In this document: positions 49,194 to 62,600 of the stretch, piece after piece
Position numbering within the stretch: the first letter of the stretch is position 1
How the letters are laid out: each line of letters starts with the position of its first letter
Source: Macrostomum lignano
Lineage: Eukaryota
Length of the DNA: 64,000 nt
Assembly: GCA_002269645.1 (NCBI GenBank)
Contig: NIVC01000625.1
Location: 248,001 to 312,000 of the forward strand
Direction: 5' to 3'
Program-made: the position numbers and the translations under genes
The notes under the pieces: generated by a model
Database searches by the model: none
Seen by the model: the letters and a program-made list of their open reading frames with translations, nothing else
Told to the model about the DNA's origin: nothing

Positions 49194-51830
49194 TCAAGCG
49201 GACTTGGACCAGACAAGGCGGTGCTGCCCGGCGCCCAGTAGCAGCGGCTCGGTGCTCCAGCCTGCCTTTGACAGCGCGCCCAGAAAGTCCGGCATCAGCC
49301 GCTCGGCCGTGGCGGCAGCGGCCGCATCGCCAGCCCGAAGCTCGGAGCAGCCGCCGACGGCGTCAAACAGTTTCGGCCGGGTCCTGGCCAGGTGGATCAG
49401 CTCGCACTGGAAGACGGCCAGCAGCTGATCAGCGGAGGTCGCGTCCTCGGCCAGAACCACATAGTAGCTCGACGCTCCGGTGAAGACGGCGAGCCGCCGG
49501 TGCCGCTGCTGGCGAAGGCCGTCGACGAGGCGGTCGGCAGGCAGCGCGGCGGCAGGGGCGCTCAGTGGGCAGCCGAGGCGGAGCGGCGCGGCGCAGGAGC
49601 GGAGCAGCGGCTCGGACTGGTTCACCTCGGCGACCCCGGAGCAGGCGCGGCCGCCACTGGCCACGAAGCTGACAACCACCAGGTGAAGCCGGCTGGGGTT
49701 CAGCGTTTCCATGGCAACGGAGCGGACGGCGCGCCAATTAAAGTACAGGTGGCCAAAGGTGAACAGCAGGTAGGCGAGCACGGCTGCTCCGCCAGTGATG
49801 AGCGGCACGAAGGCCAAATTGAACAGCAGGGCGAACAGGTTCACCAGCGTCTCCTGGGATGAGTCCTTAGCCGACACGTCCGCCATGTTGTGCCTGCGCG
49901 CCTGGGGAGCGGGAGGGGACTTGGGTGAGCCCGCAGTTTACCTGGTCGATTTTTACGCTACATTAATTTACAGATTTATTCGCGATTCTCATCATAGGAT
50001 GAGGCGATTCTCATCAAGGGATCAGGCTATTCTCATCAGGGGATCAGGCGATTCTCATCAGGGGATCAGGTGATTCTCATCAGGGGATCAGGCGATTCTC
50101 ATCAGGGGATCAGGTGATTCTCATCAGGGGATCAGGCGATTCTCATCAGGGGATCAGGCGATTCTCATCAGGGGATCAGGTGATTCTCATCAGGGGATCA
50201 GATGATTCTCATCAGGGGATCAGGTGATTCTCATCAGGGGATCAGGTGATTTTCATCAGGGGATATGTGATTCTCATCAGGGGATCAGGTGATTCTCATC
50301 AGGGGATCAGGTGATTCTTATCAGGGGATCAGGTGATTATCGGGAATCGAGGAAAATGTGTCAATTTCTCCATCTGAGATCTTCAGTCATCAGAGCCAGC
50401 ACCCTGGGCGCACACCTGGTGCATCGTGAGCGCCGCCCTGGTGGCGCCGCCGCAAACTCCAACCAGCGACAGCAGCACGGAGGCGACGCACAGGACGGCA
50501 GCCACGGTAGGCGAGCCGGGCGGCCCGGCCAGCGGGCAGAGCAGCTGCATCAGGATGGCCAAGTCGTTCAGCACATCCGCCAGCAGCCGGTAGCGCTTGC
50601 AGTCCCAGTCCAGAGCGGTGCCGTACAGCCAGGCGAACAGGATGCGGCCCACCATGCCGCAGCCGTCGCGCAGCAGCCAGGCGAGGGTGGCGGCCGCCAC
50701 CGAGGCGCCCTGGTCGCCGACACCGTAGCCGGTCAGGACGGCCCGGCCGGCCAGGGCGCCTGTGACAGAGGAGCAGAAGGCCTGGGCGGTGTCCCACATC
50801 TGGTAGGTCAGGTAGTCCGCAGACACCGAGTCCGGGTAGCCCTGCGGCAGGAAGACGTCCTGAAGATCGGGATGAGGGAGAGACGAGGTTGCGCTCTGAT
50901 GACCTGGTGGATGGCAAGGATGGCTTGATCAGGTGGATTGGAATTAAGGCCAGAATTAGCTCAGTTGGGAATAGGGATCAGGGATTAGCTCGTGGAAGTT
51001 GGGATCAGAGGATTAGCTCAGGTGGAGATTGGGATCAGAGGATTAGCTCAGGTGGAGATTGGGATCAGAGGATTAGCTCAGGTGGAGATTGGGATTAGGG
51101 GATTAGCTCAGATGGAAACTGGGATCAGAGGATTTTTTCAGGTGGAAATTGGGATCAGAGGATTTGTTCAGGTGGAAACTGGGATCAGAGGATTTGTTCA
51201 GGTGGAAACTGGGATCAGAGGATTTGTTCAGGTGGAAACTGGGATCAGAGGATTAGTTTAGGTGGAAATTGGGATCAGAGGATTTGTTCAGGTGGAAATT
51301 GGGATCAGAGGATTTGTTCAGGTGGAAACTGGGATCAGAGGATTTGTTCAGGTGGAAATTGGGATCAGAGGATTAGTTCAGGTGGAAACTGGGATCAGAG
51401 GATTTGTTCAGGTGGAAACTGGGATCAGAGGATTTGTTCAGGTGGAAACTGGGATCAGAGGATTTGTTCAGGTGGAAACTGGGATCAGAGGATTTGTTCA
51501 GGTGGAAACTGGGATCAGAGGATTAGTTTAGGTGGAAATTGGGATCAGAGGATTAGCTCAGGCGGAAATTGGGATCAGAGGATTAGCTCAGAAATATATT
51601 AAGAACAGCGAACAGGGTATTAACTCAGGTAGAAACTGGAATCAGGGGATTCGGGGAAGAGCAGCCTACTACAAACAGCAATCTTAATCTCGTACCTTGG
51701 CGGTGCTAACAAAGCCGTCAAACTTTCGTTTTTTGCCTTTGATGAGCAACTTCTGCTGCGTGAGAACATATTCTGTTGCTTCACTGGAGCTGTCAGTAAC
51801 TTCCTTTAGTAACAGCGGCTCCGCAGTCAT
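49194..51830 (-). CDS. RUSF1: RUS family member 1 (C16orf58/DUF647-like), paralog B, 3 exons, 428 aa
   Basis: Exons 51830-51696, 50859-50416 and 49901-49194, all phase 0. DVFLPQGYPDSVSADYLTYQMWDTAQAFCSS, RLLADVLND, RAALTMHQ|ARRHNMADVSAKDSSQETLVNL, METLNPSRL. Confidence 0.92.
49985..50338. repeat. 22-bp minisatellite (GATTCTCATCAGGGGATCAGGT)
   Basis: RUSF1-B intron 2. Confidence 0.93.
50970..51592. repeat. 30-bp minisatellite (GGGATCAGAGGATTTGTTCAGGTGGAAACT)
   Basis: RUSF1-B intron 1. Confidence 0.95.
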
Positions 51831-52004
51831 CGCAGTTGCAGCAGGGATCTACCAGGCCACTGGGAATCAGCTTCGAATGCAAGTATTGCTTGCATAAAAT
51901 TGTAGCCACTTTTTGATATGCTATAATGCATACTACTTATACTAACACAGGTAGCAAGTATAATTTAAATTTACAAGTATGATTTGTACATCATTAACTA
52001 CCTA

Positions 52005-52795
52005 CAACTCTATCTAAACTGCCTACAGCTCTACCTAAACTGCCTACAGCTCTACCTAAACTAACTACAGCTCTACCTAAACTAACTACAGCTCTACCTA
52101 AACTAACTACAGCTCTACCTAAACTAACTACAGCTCTACCTAAACTAACTACAGCTCTACCTAAACTAACTACAGCTCTACCTAAACTGCCTACAGCTCT
52201 ACCTAAACTGCCTACAGCTCTACCTAAACTGCCTACAGCTCTACCTAAACTGCCTACAGCTCTACCTAAACTGCCTACAGCTCTATCTAAACTGCCTACA
52301 GCTCTACCTAAACTGCCTACAGCTCTACCTAAACTGCCTACAGCTCTACCTAAACTGCCTACAGCTCTACCTAAAGTAACTACAGTTCTACCTAAACTGC
52401 CTACAGCTCTACCTAAACTGCCTACAGCTCTATCTAAACTGCCTACAGCTCTACCTAAACTGCCTACAGCTCTATCTAAACTGCCTACAGCTCTACCTAA
52501 ACTGCCTACAGCTCTACCTAAAGTAACTACAGTTCTACCTAAACTGCCTACAGCTCTACCTAAACTGCCTACAGCTCTACCTAAACTGCCTACAGCTCTA
52601 CCTAAACTGCCTACAGCTCTACCTAAACTGCCTACAGCTCTATCTAAACTGCCTACAGCTCTACCTAAACTGCCTACAGTTCTACCTAAACTGCCTACAG
52701 CTCTACCTAAACTGCCTACAGCTCTACCTAAACTGCCTACAGCTCTACCTAGACTGCCTACAGCTCTACCTAAACTACCTGTAGGTCTATCTAAG
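52005..52795. repeat. 21-bp minisatellite (CTACAGCTCTACCTAAACTGC)
   Basis: Intergenic tandem array between the paralogs. Confidence 0.96.
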
Positions 52796-53204
52796 CACGA
52801 CAAAGCAAGACGAAAAGCTTCCTGAACTTAATAAAGATCTGCAGCAGAGAAAGCATGCAGGCAGCAAATGCTGTTGTGTTGCGGCAGTCAGAAAAGGTGG
52901 AAATCCAAAAGCCAACAGTAAAATTGGTAAGGCGCGTGGCTGTACAATCAAAATTTAGGACTAAAAAATTTCCTAATCTGCTCAAGTAATATTCACGCAA
53001 AAATGGTAAAAACGATAAGAATATTCAGCACAAAATTTTCTGATAATTAATGAAACTCGAAAACGATAATAGTGAATAACAGCAATAACAGTAACAATAA
53101 ATTTTCTAACAGTCCTTGTAGTAATTTTTTGAATCCCATGCGCACTTGTGTGCGAAATCAAAAGCGATACGAGTATGAATTTAACAGTTAGAGTAGGAAG
53201 CTTG

Positions 53205-53370
53205 AGACTGGGAATCCCATGACGGGAATCCTAATCCTGCGATAGGGGAATCCCAATCCTGCGATAGAGGAATCCCAATCCTGCGATAGGGGAATCCTAA
53301 TCCTGCGATAGGGGAATCCCAATCTTGCGATAAGGGAATTCCAATCCTAAGACAGGGGAATCCAAATCTT
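53205..53370. repeat. ~24-bp repeat (GGGAATCCCAATCCTGCGATAGG)
   Basis: About 6 units downstream of RUSF1 copy A. Confidence 0.85.
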
Positions 53371-53480
53371 CTGACTTACACATTGGACGGAAAATCGTGA
53401 TGCATGTAAAAGGGATCTCAAATAACATCGCATCAATACAGTGGTAAATCAAAATAGGGAGCCAGTGGGGCTGTGCCAGT

Positions 53481-56400
53481 TTAGAAGGACTTGGACCAGG
53501 TCAGGCGGTGCTGCCCGGCGCCCAGTAGCAGCGGCTCGGTGCTCCAGCCTGCCTTTGACAGCGCGCCCAGAAAGTCCGGCATCAGCCGCTCGGCCGTGGC
53601 GGCAGCGGCCGCATCGCCAGCCCGAAGCTCGGAGCAGCCGCCGACGGCGTCAAACAGTTTCGGCCGGGTCCTGGCCAGGTGGATCAGCTCGCACTGGAAG
53701 ACGGCCAGCAGCTGATCAGCGGAGGTCGCGTCCTCGGCCAGAACCGCATAGTAGCTCGACGCTCCGGTGAAGACGGCGAGCCGCCGGTGCCGCTGCTGGC
53801 GAAGGCCGTCGACGAGGCGGTCGGCAGGCAGCGCGGCGGCAGGGGCGCTCAGTGGGCAGCCGAGGCGGAGCGGCGCGGCGCAGGAGCGGAGCAGCGGCTC
53901 GGACTGGTTCACCTCGGCGACCCCGGAGCAGGCGCGGCCGCCACTGGCCACAAAGCTGACAACCACCAGGTGAAGCCGGCTGGGGTTCAGCGTTTCCATG
54001 GCAACGGAGCGGACAGCGCACCAATTGCCAAATATATGACCGGAGGTGAAAATGATGAAGACTGGGACGGCCACCGGGCCAGTGATGAGCGGCACGAAGG
54101 TCAGGTTGACTACCAGCCCCACCAGGTTCACCAGCGTCTCCTGGGATGCGTCCTTCGCCGACACGTCCGCCATGTTGTGCTGGCGGGCCTGGGGAATTGA
54201 GGAGACGAATCCGGAGATTAAAATTGAAGATTAAGATTGTAATTGTAGCAGGCTTGAACAATGCAATTTTTGACAATAACCTCTAAAGCCTGGTTCACAT
54301 TTCCGCAAATAGCTGACGCTCACAGCTAATAGCTGATTTTCAGAAATCTACTAGCTCAGCGCGACCACTACTAGCGGGTGCTACTATCGCCCTCAAATAG
54401 ATGCATCGCCATGCAGTTCAATTTAACCCGCGAAGATAATAGGCAATATTTGACCCTTGGCCACTGTTACGAGTATATAAAGTAATTCAGTCTAGTGCTA
54501 GCCCTATCTGTGCTTCGGACAGGGCGTTTTCAATCTAAGAAATCTTGACCAGAAAGCCGTGACCAGCTTTCAGATTTCAAACATGCTTTCACGAGCCAAG
54601 AAGCTACTGCTACTGGCAATCGTAACGATACTGCAACATCGTAGGCTGATCAGGCAAGGCCGCCGCCCTAGGCGATGGTGGCGGAGACCGAGTCATCAAC
54701 GAAGAGAAGAGCTTGGCGAGTTTGCCGGATTGATCCCACATCTGCGAGATAGAGACTCGGAGATGTACTTCAAGTATATGCGCATGCGCCCGGCTCGGTT
54801 TGAGCATCTGCTTTCACTGGTTGCAACCAAACTCTCCAGGCCATGTGCAAGAAGAGAGGCCGTTCCGGCAGAGGAGAAGCTAATGATGACGCTTTGCTAC
54901 CTGGCTTCGGGTTGCAGCCAAGCCGACTTGTCGTTTCGATTTGGCCGAGGACGCTCTACTGTGTCAGGGGTCGTTCGAGACTGCGATTGCCATCTACGAC
55001 AAGCTGGCGTCAACATATCTAAAGTTTCCTGCATCTGCAGAAGAATGGAAAGCAATCGCTGGTGGATTCTGGGAAAAGTGGCATTTTCCGAACTGCCTCG
55101 GTGCAATTGACGGCAAGCATTTCAAGGTTCATTGTCCAAGAAACACCGGCTCCCAGTACTTCAATTACAAGCAACAGTTCAGCTCACTGGTACTCGCCAT
55201 GTGCGACAGTAACTACATCTTCACGTACATAGAGAGTGGCAGCGCAGGGAGAGGAGACGCTGGAGTCTTCTCACGTTCAGCCTTGTACGCTGGATTGGAG
55301 TCTGGATCGGTGAAAGTCCCGGAGCCTTCCTGCATTTCTGGCAGCAGCCTCGTCATGCCATTTGCAATTGTCGGTGATGAGGCTTTCCCGCTGAAGAATT
55401 ATCTCATGCGCCCATTCCCTGGGCGCGGCGGAATGGTACCATTGGACTACAAGACGCAAGTGTTCAACTACCGGCTGTCTCGAGCAAGACGCACAATTGA
55501 GAATGCGTTTGGAATCCTGGTGACTCGCTAGCGACTCTTCCTGCGGCCTGTCATAGCGAGAATCGATCACGTTGAGGCCTTTATTCGGTGCGCATTCGTA
55601 CTGCATAACTTCATGCGAATAGAGGACGAGGCCAACATTACAGCAGCTCGGTCCTACATGCCACCTGGAAGTGTTGACCAGGAACTGCCCACCGGCCAGG
55701 TACAGGAGGGTTCATGGAGATCCACCGTGACAGGCAGCGTCGGGGTAATGCCAGCCCGGAATCTGGGTGGAAATCGAAGCAGCGCCTCCGCTCGGGAGCA
55801 ACAGATGCTGCTGAGGGACTTCTTCGTCAGCCCCAATGGTGCCATTCCATGGCAGAGCGCAATGATACATGTACCTACTGATGATAATCGATAATACTGT
55901 TGATGAATCATTAATTTATTCCGCATGTTTATTTCGCATACAGAACGTGAATTTATGAGCTAATTTTGTGGAAATTTCAAACAAGGCGGCGAGAAAGTAC
56001 AATGCTACAACAGAAAGTAATCCAAACTCGTAAATAAATTGACAAGACTGTGGAGACAATATTTTCAACATATTCATTTATGATTTCATTATATTTTCTG
56101 TCTCTCTCGATCTCTGCACTTGCTCTCTGACACGCACAATGCAATCTGGTCATGAAAAAGGAAAAAAGATTTGCTTCTAGTTTGCAAAATATTGCACTCT
56201 ATCGCTTTTATCTCACGCACTTCTAGGAGTCATTGGGAGGTGTGACCGTGGATATGATGGAGCCGAGCATGTCGTCGAAGGAAGCTGATCCAGCAGCGGC
56301 ATCAGCGGCAGGCTCAGTTCGGATGGCAACGCTTCGGGGCAGGCCGTGGAGTTGGATTGTGAACAACTCGCTCCGCAGGTGCGCCATGGCATAGTCGCGC

Positions 56401-59400
56401 TCAATTTGCGTTGGAAGCCGACGGATGGCCTGTCCAATTGCTTGGCCAAAGGAGGCATATTCGTCCTCATCTTTTGTCAGTTGCTGAGTCAACTGGCTGA
56501 GGGCAGTATCCAGCTTTGATGCTTCTGTTGCAGTTGCCTTTCTGGCCTTCTTTGGCGCACTTTCCGCAAACTCTCGCATTGACGCCTCACTGGGGTCAGT
56601 TGTTGCAGCCTGTGCCTCTGCTCGACTGGACTGTTGCGCCTCATCATTGACCGAGGTTGCCTGCTGAGAGGGTCCAGCAGATCCCACAGCTACAAGTTCT
56701 GGTGTGGGCGGAGGCACATTTGAGGTAGTATCGCCAATGTAGTCACACTTGTCCAGGAAGTTCATGCGACTGTATATTCCCAACCGCCTGGGAGTAGGCT
56801 TGACCGCACTCCCACTCGGAAGCTTGCTTCCACGCCGGAAAACAAACTAGTTACGCTTGAGACCTTGAAACCGCTTGAGGCACCAAGTTGAATCCTTGCC
56901 CAAAGTCTCAGCGATCTGATTCCATGCGCTGGTTTTCGCCTGCTGATCCTTGAATTTTCGGCTTGAGATGTTGTAGACAACTTCATGTTTGGCAACTTCA
57001 TCTATCAGAGTTGGATCCAACTCCGGAGTCTCGTGTGACAAGTCGGACATTTCCAGGTATCAAGTTGTGTGGAGTTTGGGGTGAAGAATAGAGCATGGTT
57101 CTATTCGTTTCATATAGCCTCCAGCTGTGCTCCTGTCTGGTTGCGCAAGAAATTGTCTGTACTCATTGTACAGTGAGCAGTGAGCAATGACACAATCGTT
57201 TAAATTTACTGTACGCCTACCCCTGCCATCCATGCTGCAGAAGCGGACAACTCAAAGCAAGGAGTTGTGAGTGTTTATGTGAATGGGGTGCATTTCGGTT
57301 TCGTTTGCCATGCATAAAATTGAAAGTTATATTGTCCTTTCTAGTTCTAATGAATAGAACCAAATAAAATCACTATTAGAGTCCGCCAGGAGCGGCGGAC
57401 TTTCGGATAGTAGAGCTGCGCACGGATAGTAGCGTTCGCAATCAGCTGGTAGCGGCGGCGAACAGCTATTAGTTTGAAGCACGGAGCTATTTGCGGAAAT
57501 GTGAACCAGGCTTAAGATGTTAAATCGTGTTGAAGAATTCTCAAGCCGATGCCTCCCACCATTCGCTGACATCGCAGGCACCCTACCGGCTCCTGTTTTA
57601 CAATAATTGTATCTAACTGACAGCGTATTTAACAGACTGGCCGACACCCCCGGGAGGCTTGAGTTCCTTCCTTGGCCTTAGGCTGCTAACTCTAATTCCC
57701 CACCCAGTTATCGACCATGGGACACGAAACCGCCACGACACCTCGACGCGACATCTCGTGAATGTCCCTGTGAAACCCATTGGCTACGGACACACCTGGT
57801 GCATAGTAAACACACCTGATGCATAGTAAACACACCTGGTGCATAGTAAACACACCTGGTGCATAGTAAACACACCTGATGCATAGTAAACACACCTGGT
57901 GCATAGTAAACACACCTGATGTATAGTAAACACACCTGGTGCATAGTAAACACACCTGGTGCATAGTAAACACACCTGATGCATAGTAAACACACCTGGT
58001 GCATAGTAAACACACCTGGTGCATAGTAAACACACCTGATGTATAGTAAACACACCTGGTGCATAGTAAACACACCTGTTGCATAGTAAACACACCTGGT
58101 GCATAGTAAACACACCTGGTGCATAGTAAACACACCTGGTGCATAGTAAACACACCTGGTGCATAGTAAACACACCTGGTGCATAGTAAACACACCTGGT
58201 GCATAGTAAACACACCTGGTGCATAGTAAACACACCTGGTGCATAGTAAACACACTTGATGTATAGTAAACACACCTGGTGCATAGTAAACACACCTGGT
58301 GCATAGTAAACACACCTGGTGCATGGTAAACACACCTGGTGCATAGTAAACACACCTGGTGCATAGTAAACACACCTGGTGCATAGTAAACACACCTGGT
58401 GCATAGTAAACACACCTGATGCATAGTAAACACACCTGGTGCATAGTAAACACACCTGATGTATAGTAAACACACCTGGTGCATAGTAAACACACCTGGT
58501 GCATAGTAAACACACCTGATGCATAGTAAACACACCTGGTGCATAGTAAACACACCTGATGCATAGTAAACACATCTGATGCATAGTAAACACACCTGGT
58601 GCATAGTAAACACACCTGATGCATAGTAAACACACCTGGTGCATAGTAAACACACCTGGTGCATAGTAAACACACCTGGTGCATAGTAAACACACTTGAT
58701 GTATAGTAAACACACCTGGTGCATAGTAAACACACCTGGTGCACAGTAAACACACCTGGTGCATAGTAAACACACCTGATGCATAGTAAACACACCTGAT
58801 GCATAGTAAACACACCTGGTGCATAGTAAACACACCTGATGCATAGTAAACACACCTGGTGCATAGTAAACACACCTGGTGCATAGTAAACACACCTGGT
58901 GCATAGTAAACGCGGCTCTGGTGGCGCCGCCGCAGACGGTGACCAGCGCTAGCGTCACGGAGGCGATGCACAGGACGGCGACTACAGCGGGCGAGCCGGG
59001 CGGCCCGGCCAGCGGGCAGAGCAGCTGTATCAGGATGGCCAAGTCGTTCAGCACATCCGCCAGCAGCCGGTAGCGCTTGCAGTCCCAGTCCAGAGCGGTG
59101 CCATACAGCCAGGCGAACAGGATGCGGCCCACCATGCCGCAGCCGTCGCGCAGCAGCCAGGCGAGGGTGGCGGCCGCCACCGATGCGCCCTGGTCGCCGA
59201 CACCGTAGCCGGTCAGGACGGCCCGGCTGGCCAGGGCGCTGGTAAGGGAGCTGCAGAAGGCCTGGGCGGTGTCCCAAATCTGGTAGGTCAGGTAGTCAGC
59301 GGACACCGAGTCCGGGTAGCCCTGCGGCAGGAAGACGTCCTGCGGCGGGGTTACGGGAATTGGCTTGAGCTTGTTGTGGAACGCTGCTGAGATTTGGTGC

Positions 59401-59658
59401 ATAAGAAAAGGATCGGCTTAGACTTGGGTTACTGAATTAGGGAGAATTAAAGTAGGATTTGCTTAAATTTTGCAGAAATCAAGGAAGTCAAATGGATTTG
59501 AGGCAACAGAGAATTATTGATTGAGTTGTTTAACAGCTTACCTTAGCAGTGCTAACTAAGCTATCAAGCTTTAATTTTTTGCTTTTGGTGACCAGCTTCT
59601 GATTGGTAAGAACATATTCTGTTGGTTCATTGGAGCCAACATATGTTTCTTGAAGCAT
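53481..59658 (-). CDS. RUSF1: RUS family member 1 (C16orf58/DUF647-like), paralog A, 3 exons, 422 aa
   Basis: Exons 59658-59542, 59339-58896 and 54188-53481. Exons 2 and 3 have the same lengths (444, 708 nt) as in paralog B. Confidence 0.9.
54582..55894 (+). pseudogene. Harbinger DDE transposase, one frameshift (~54980) and one in-frame TAG (55529-55531)
   Basis: YFKYMRM, EEKLMMTLCYLASG, FPNCLGAIDGKH, VGDEAFPLKNYLMRPFP, FNYRLSRARRTIENAFGILVTR*R (W expected at the stop). Confidence 0.9.
56223..57050 (-). pseudogene. Harbinger MADF/Myb-like DNA-binding protein with one in-frame TAG (56847-56849)
   Basis: LIDEVAKHEVVYN..KTSAWNQIAETLG..WCLKRFQGL is in frame with the downstream ORF, which ends in a BESS-like DEYASFGQAIGQAIRRL. 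Confidence 0.85.
57791..58910 (-). repeat. 20-bp tandem array (TTTACTATGCACCAG|GTGTG) x56 spanning the RUSF1-A exon 2 donor
   Basis: Unit = last 15 nt of exon 2 plus the first 5 nt of the intron. Confidence 0.96.
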
Positions 59659-62600
59659 ATATGATTGTGTAAGCATCTTGCTTGCACAGATGCCAATGGA
59701 TAGTTTATTAAATGAAACTCATACCTCTGCTGAAATTATGGAAAAACATAGCCTGGCAAAATTAGTTGAAACAAAAAAGCATGCCAATGCTAAGAAAAAC
59801 TGAACTTTTAAAAGATATAAAACATTCTGCTAACATAAACTGACAAATGACACTTTTTATAAACATCTACCATATCTAGCTAATGCCTTACTAGAAAAAT
59901 ATTAGAAATACTTCATAGCAATGGCAATTAGGGCCCACATTTTAATAGTGATGACCTTTGCTAAAGAAGAGTGCATTAGTTTTTGAGCCTTTTGTGGAAA
60001 TGCAACAACTTATAGGCAATTGCTCAATGAGGAAGAGCATAAAGCATATGTGTATAAAGTGCAAAACAAAAAATAGATAGTAATATGATGCGATGATAAT
60101 AGTATCACCTTTATAGTCTAAACTCTAGAATATGTCATTTATTGTTAAAATAACTATACAAACTGATATTTTCCTATCCCAGGCCACACTGGTTTCCTTG
60201 GCAATGAGCATGCTGACCAGCTGGCCAAGGCTGGCTTTGCTGGCACATTACTGGGGCCAGGCACAGCGGCTGCACTTCCGCCTTGGTGATAATTCCCATG
60301 TTAAGTGCTGGGCTGATTCTAAGCATCTCTGTGGATAGCACAACACCTGGAATCGCAGACAATCCCCTGTCACTCTTCCTTCCTGCATAGAGCCTTCCTC
60401 AGGCTTAACTGCAGAGACTTCAGAGCAGTTAGCATGACCTTCTCTGGGCATAGATGCTTCTCTTGCCACTGCTTCTTTCAGGGCCAGGTACCCAGAGTGG
60501 TGCCTTCTGCCCCTCAGGCAGTGAAAACACTGACCACTTTATCTGCTACTGTCTGTGTGAAAACTCTTCACCAGGGCCAGGCTTGTTTACCTGGGCCAAA
60601 CTTAGTTTTCCCCAAAATTTGCAAGCCTGAGAGCATCCCACTGCTTGCCTAGTACCTTAGGGACAGGATGAGCTGATTTCTTCCTTACTGCTAGTGAGAA
60701 AGACTGCCCTGCAGGCAAGACCAATGGGTCTCCCTAAGCAACATTGCTTCAATGGAAGTCATTGGTTGCTAGGTACTAGCAGAATGGGCAGTCTCTTTTA
60801 TCTCCTTGCTATATCCACTGGACACCCATGCAGCTAAGTCAAGTAAGTCAAGAAAATATTTAGCCTATGCCATGAAATTCATCTTATCACTATTACTAAA
60901 ATACACTTTAAATCTTATAAAAATATCTATTGTTTAGGCTTATTATGAAAATGACTATCTGACAACAAAATGTCTATAATAGAATGACTTGTCACTAAAA
61001 AAACCTATATCCAATTGATATTTGGTCCCAAAAATAGAAGTTTAAGTTTTAAACCACCAGTTTTAAATGCCTCGTCAGCTACTTAGTACTACTACTTAGG
61101 TGTTTTTCAGGTAGGCATTTTTGCGACTTCCTTGGTTGGCCACCAAATCAGTTGGCCAGATCAGCCAACTGTTACACATGTATACATGTATGTATACTTG
61201 TGCATGTATGTTTTTTATTTGAATGCACCCCACAGACAGCAACATTTCATTTTTAGCCAATAAGAAATTTAACTTAGATTGGATTAGTTGGTAGTTCAAC
61301 ACAAAGCAATCAATGATGCAAAAAATTTGCACTTCTTTTTTGCACTTATTAAACTAAGTGCTAAGCTTAATAGGCTAAATTTCAATAACTAGTCTTCTAG
61401 CACCAATGTGCATTAGCAAAAAATAGTCTTGTACTAATAGTCTTCTTATTTTGGGCTATAGCCTTAATATAATGATATAATAGCAAAAGCTATCAAATCT
61501 TGCTAACCAAACAGTAGTGTTTAGAGTTAGGGTTAGGGAACAAGCAGGCATGAAAGCAAATATATAATATTGCATATAGATAGAGCTAATCAAGTGTTAT
61601 ATCTAAGCTTTGAACTATGATAGAAATATTGTTTCCTATACAAACTTCTTGATTTTTCTTATAAAATATTGGACTTGCTCTTATTTTATTCTTATATTTA
61701 TTAAAAAATGTGAAACAAATCTAGGAACTAAACAAATAGCAAAAACCTTTTTTCCGAATACCAAATAAAAATATCAAATGACTGTCAGCATAATTTATAA
61801 TCTGCTATGTTCAGTTGATTTATAATTCATAAGTAGTTATATAAACATTTTTTATATGTAGAGATATAGAATTAGAAGTTTGACATAATTTGCTTTTTGT
61901 AGCTTTGTTTTATTTAGACTAGTATTACAGTTCAAAAGTTATAAGTATTTAAAGTTTAAAACTATGATAGGACCTTCTTATAGAATGACCCTTACAGCTT
62001 GTTTTCTTATAGACCTAATGATAATATTGCTTTGAAAAAATGGGAAACTGCATTAAATTTAATATTTTCTTTATTTTTAGTAACAAAAGCACAATACTAG
62101 TTTCATAATCAAATCTCAAACAACCTAGTAATTATTTTCTACATAGCTTAAGGGAAATATCAATTCAGATTCAACTGGAAAGGTCCAACAACCATCACAT
62201 ATGTAAACAATTAATAACACTTACATTAAAACATTGACATGACACCCTAAATTATGTCAGAAATACAGCCATAAATTTTCAATTTTTATTAGAAAAGATA
62301 CCATCCTAAAATAAATTCCCCATATATAAAATTAAAAAGTACTGTAAAGTTTTGTTTGCATCTAAAATATTTATAAAATCTACAATAAAAAATCTGTTGC
62401 TGGATTGTCTTGAATTGGGCTCTTCGAGACACTTGCAAGCTTAGCTTAAGGCTGTTTCGCACTGCCATCAAATAAGACGAAATTTCGTATGATCACACAA
62501 TTTGTAAATCAATTCACTTTGATCAAATTTGTAAATCAAAGATTCCTTTGTGCATTGGTCGTGTGAGTTAGTTGGTGGCTTGTTTGATGGGGTGTGTATG

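Larger units (their letters stand above)
54287..57512 (+). mobile_element. PIF/Harbinger DNA transposon, 3,226 bp, complete ends
   Basis: Perfect 28-bp TIR AGCCTGGTTCACATTTCCGCAAATAGCT; TAA TSD at 54284-54286 and 57513-57515; convergent transposase and MADF genes. Confidence 0.95.

Noticed and set aside
57692-58873. Cys/Tyr-rich 393-564 aa ORFs
   Set aside because: Read-through of the 20-bp splice-donor array; the real coding part is RUSF1-A exon 2
60132-60652. Short ORFs in a moderately GC-rich patch
   Set aside because: No motif, codon bias or convincing splice-site pair to support a gene model
61462-61480. TTAGGG telomere-like repeat
   Set aside because: Only about 2-3 units; not a telomeric array
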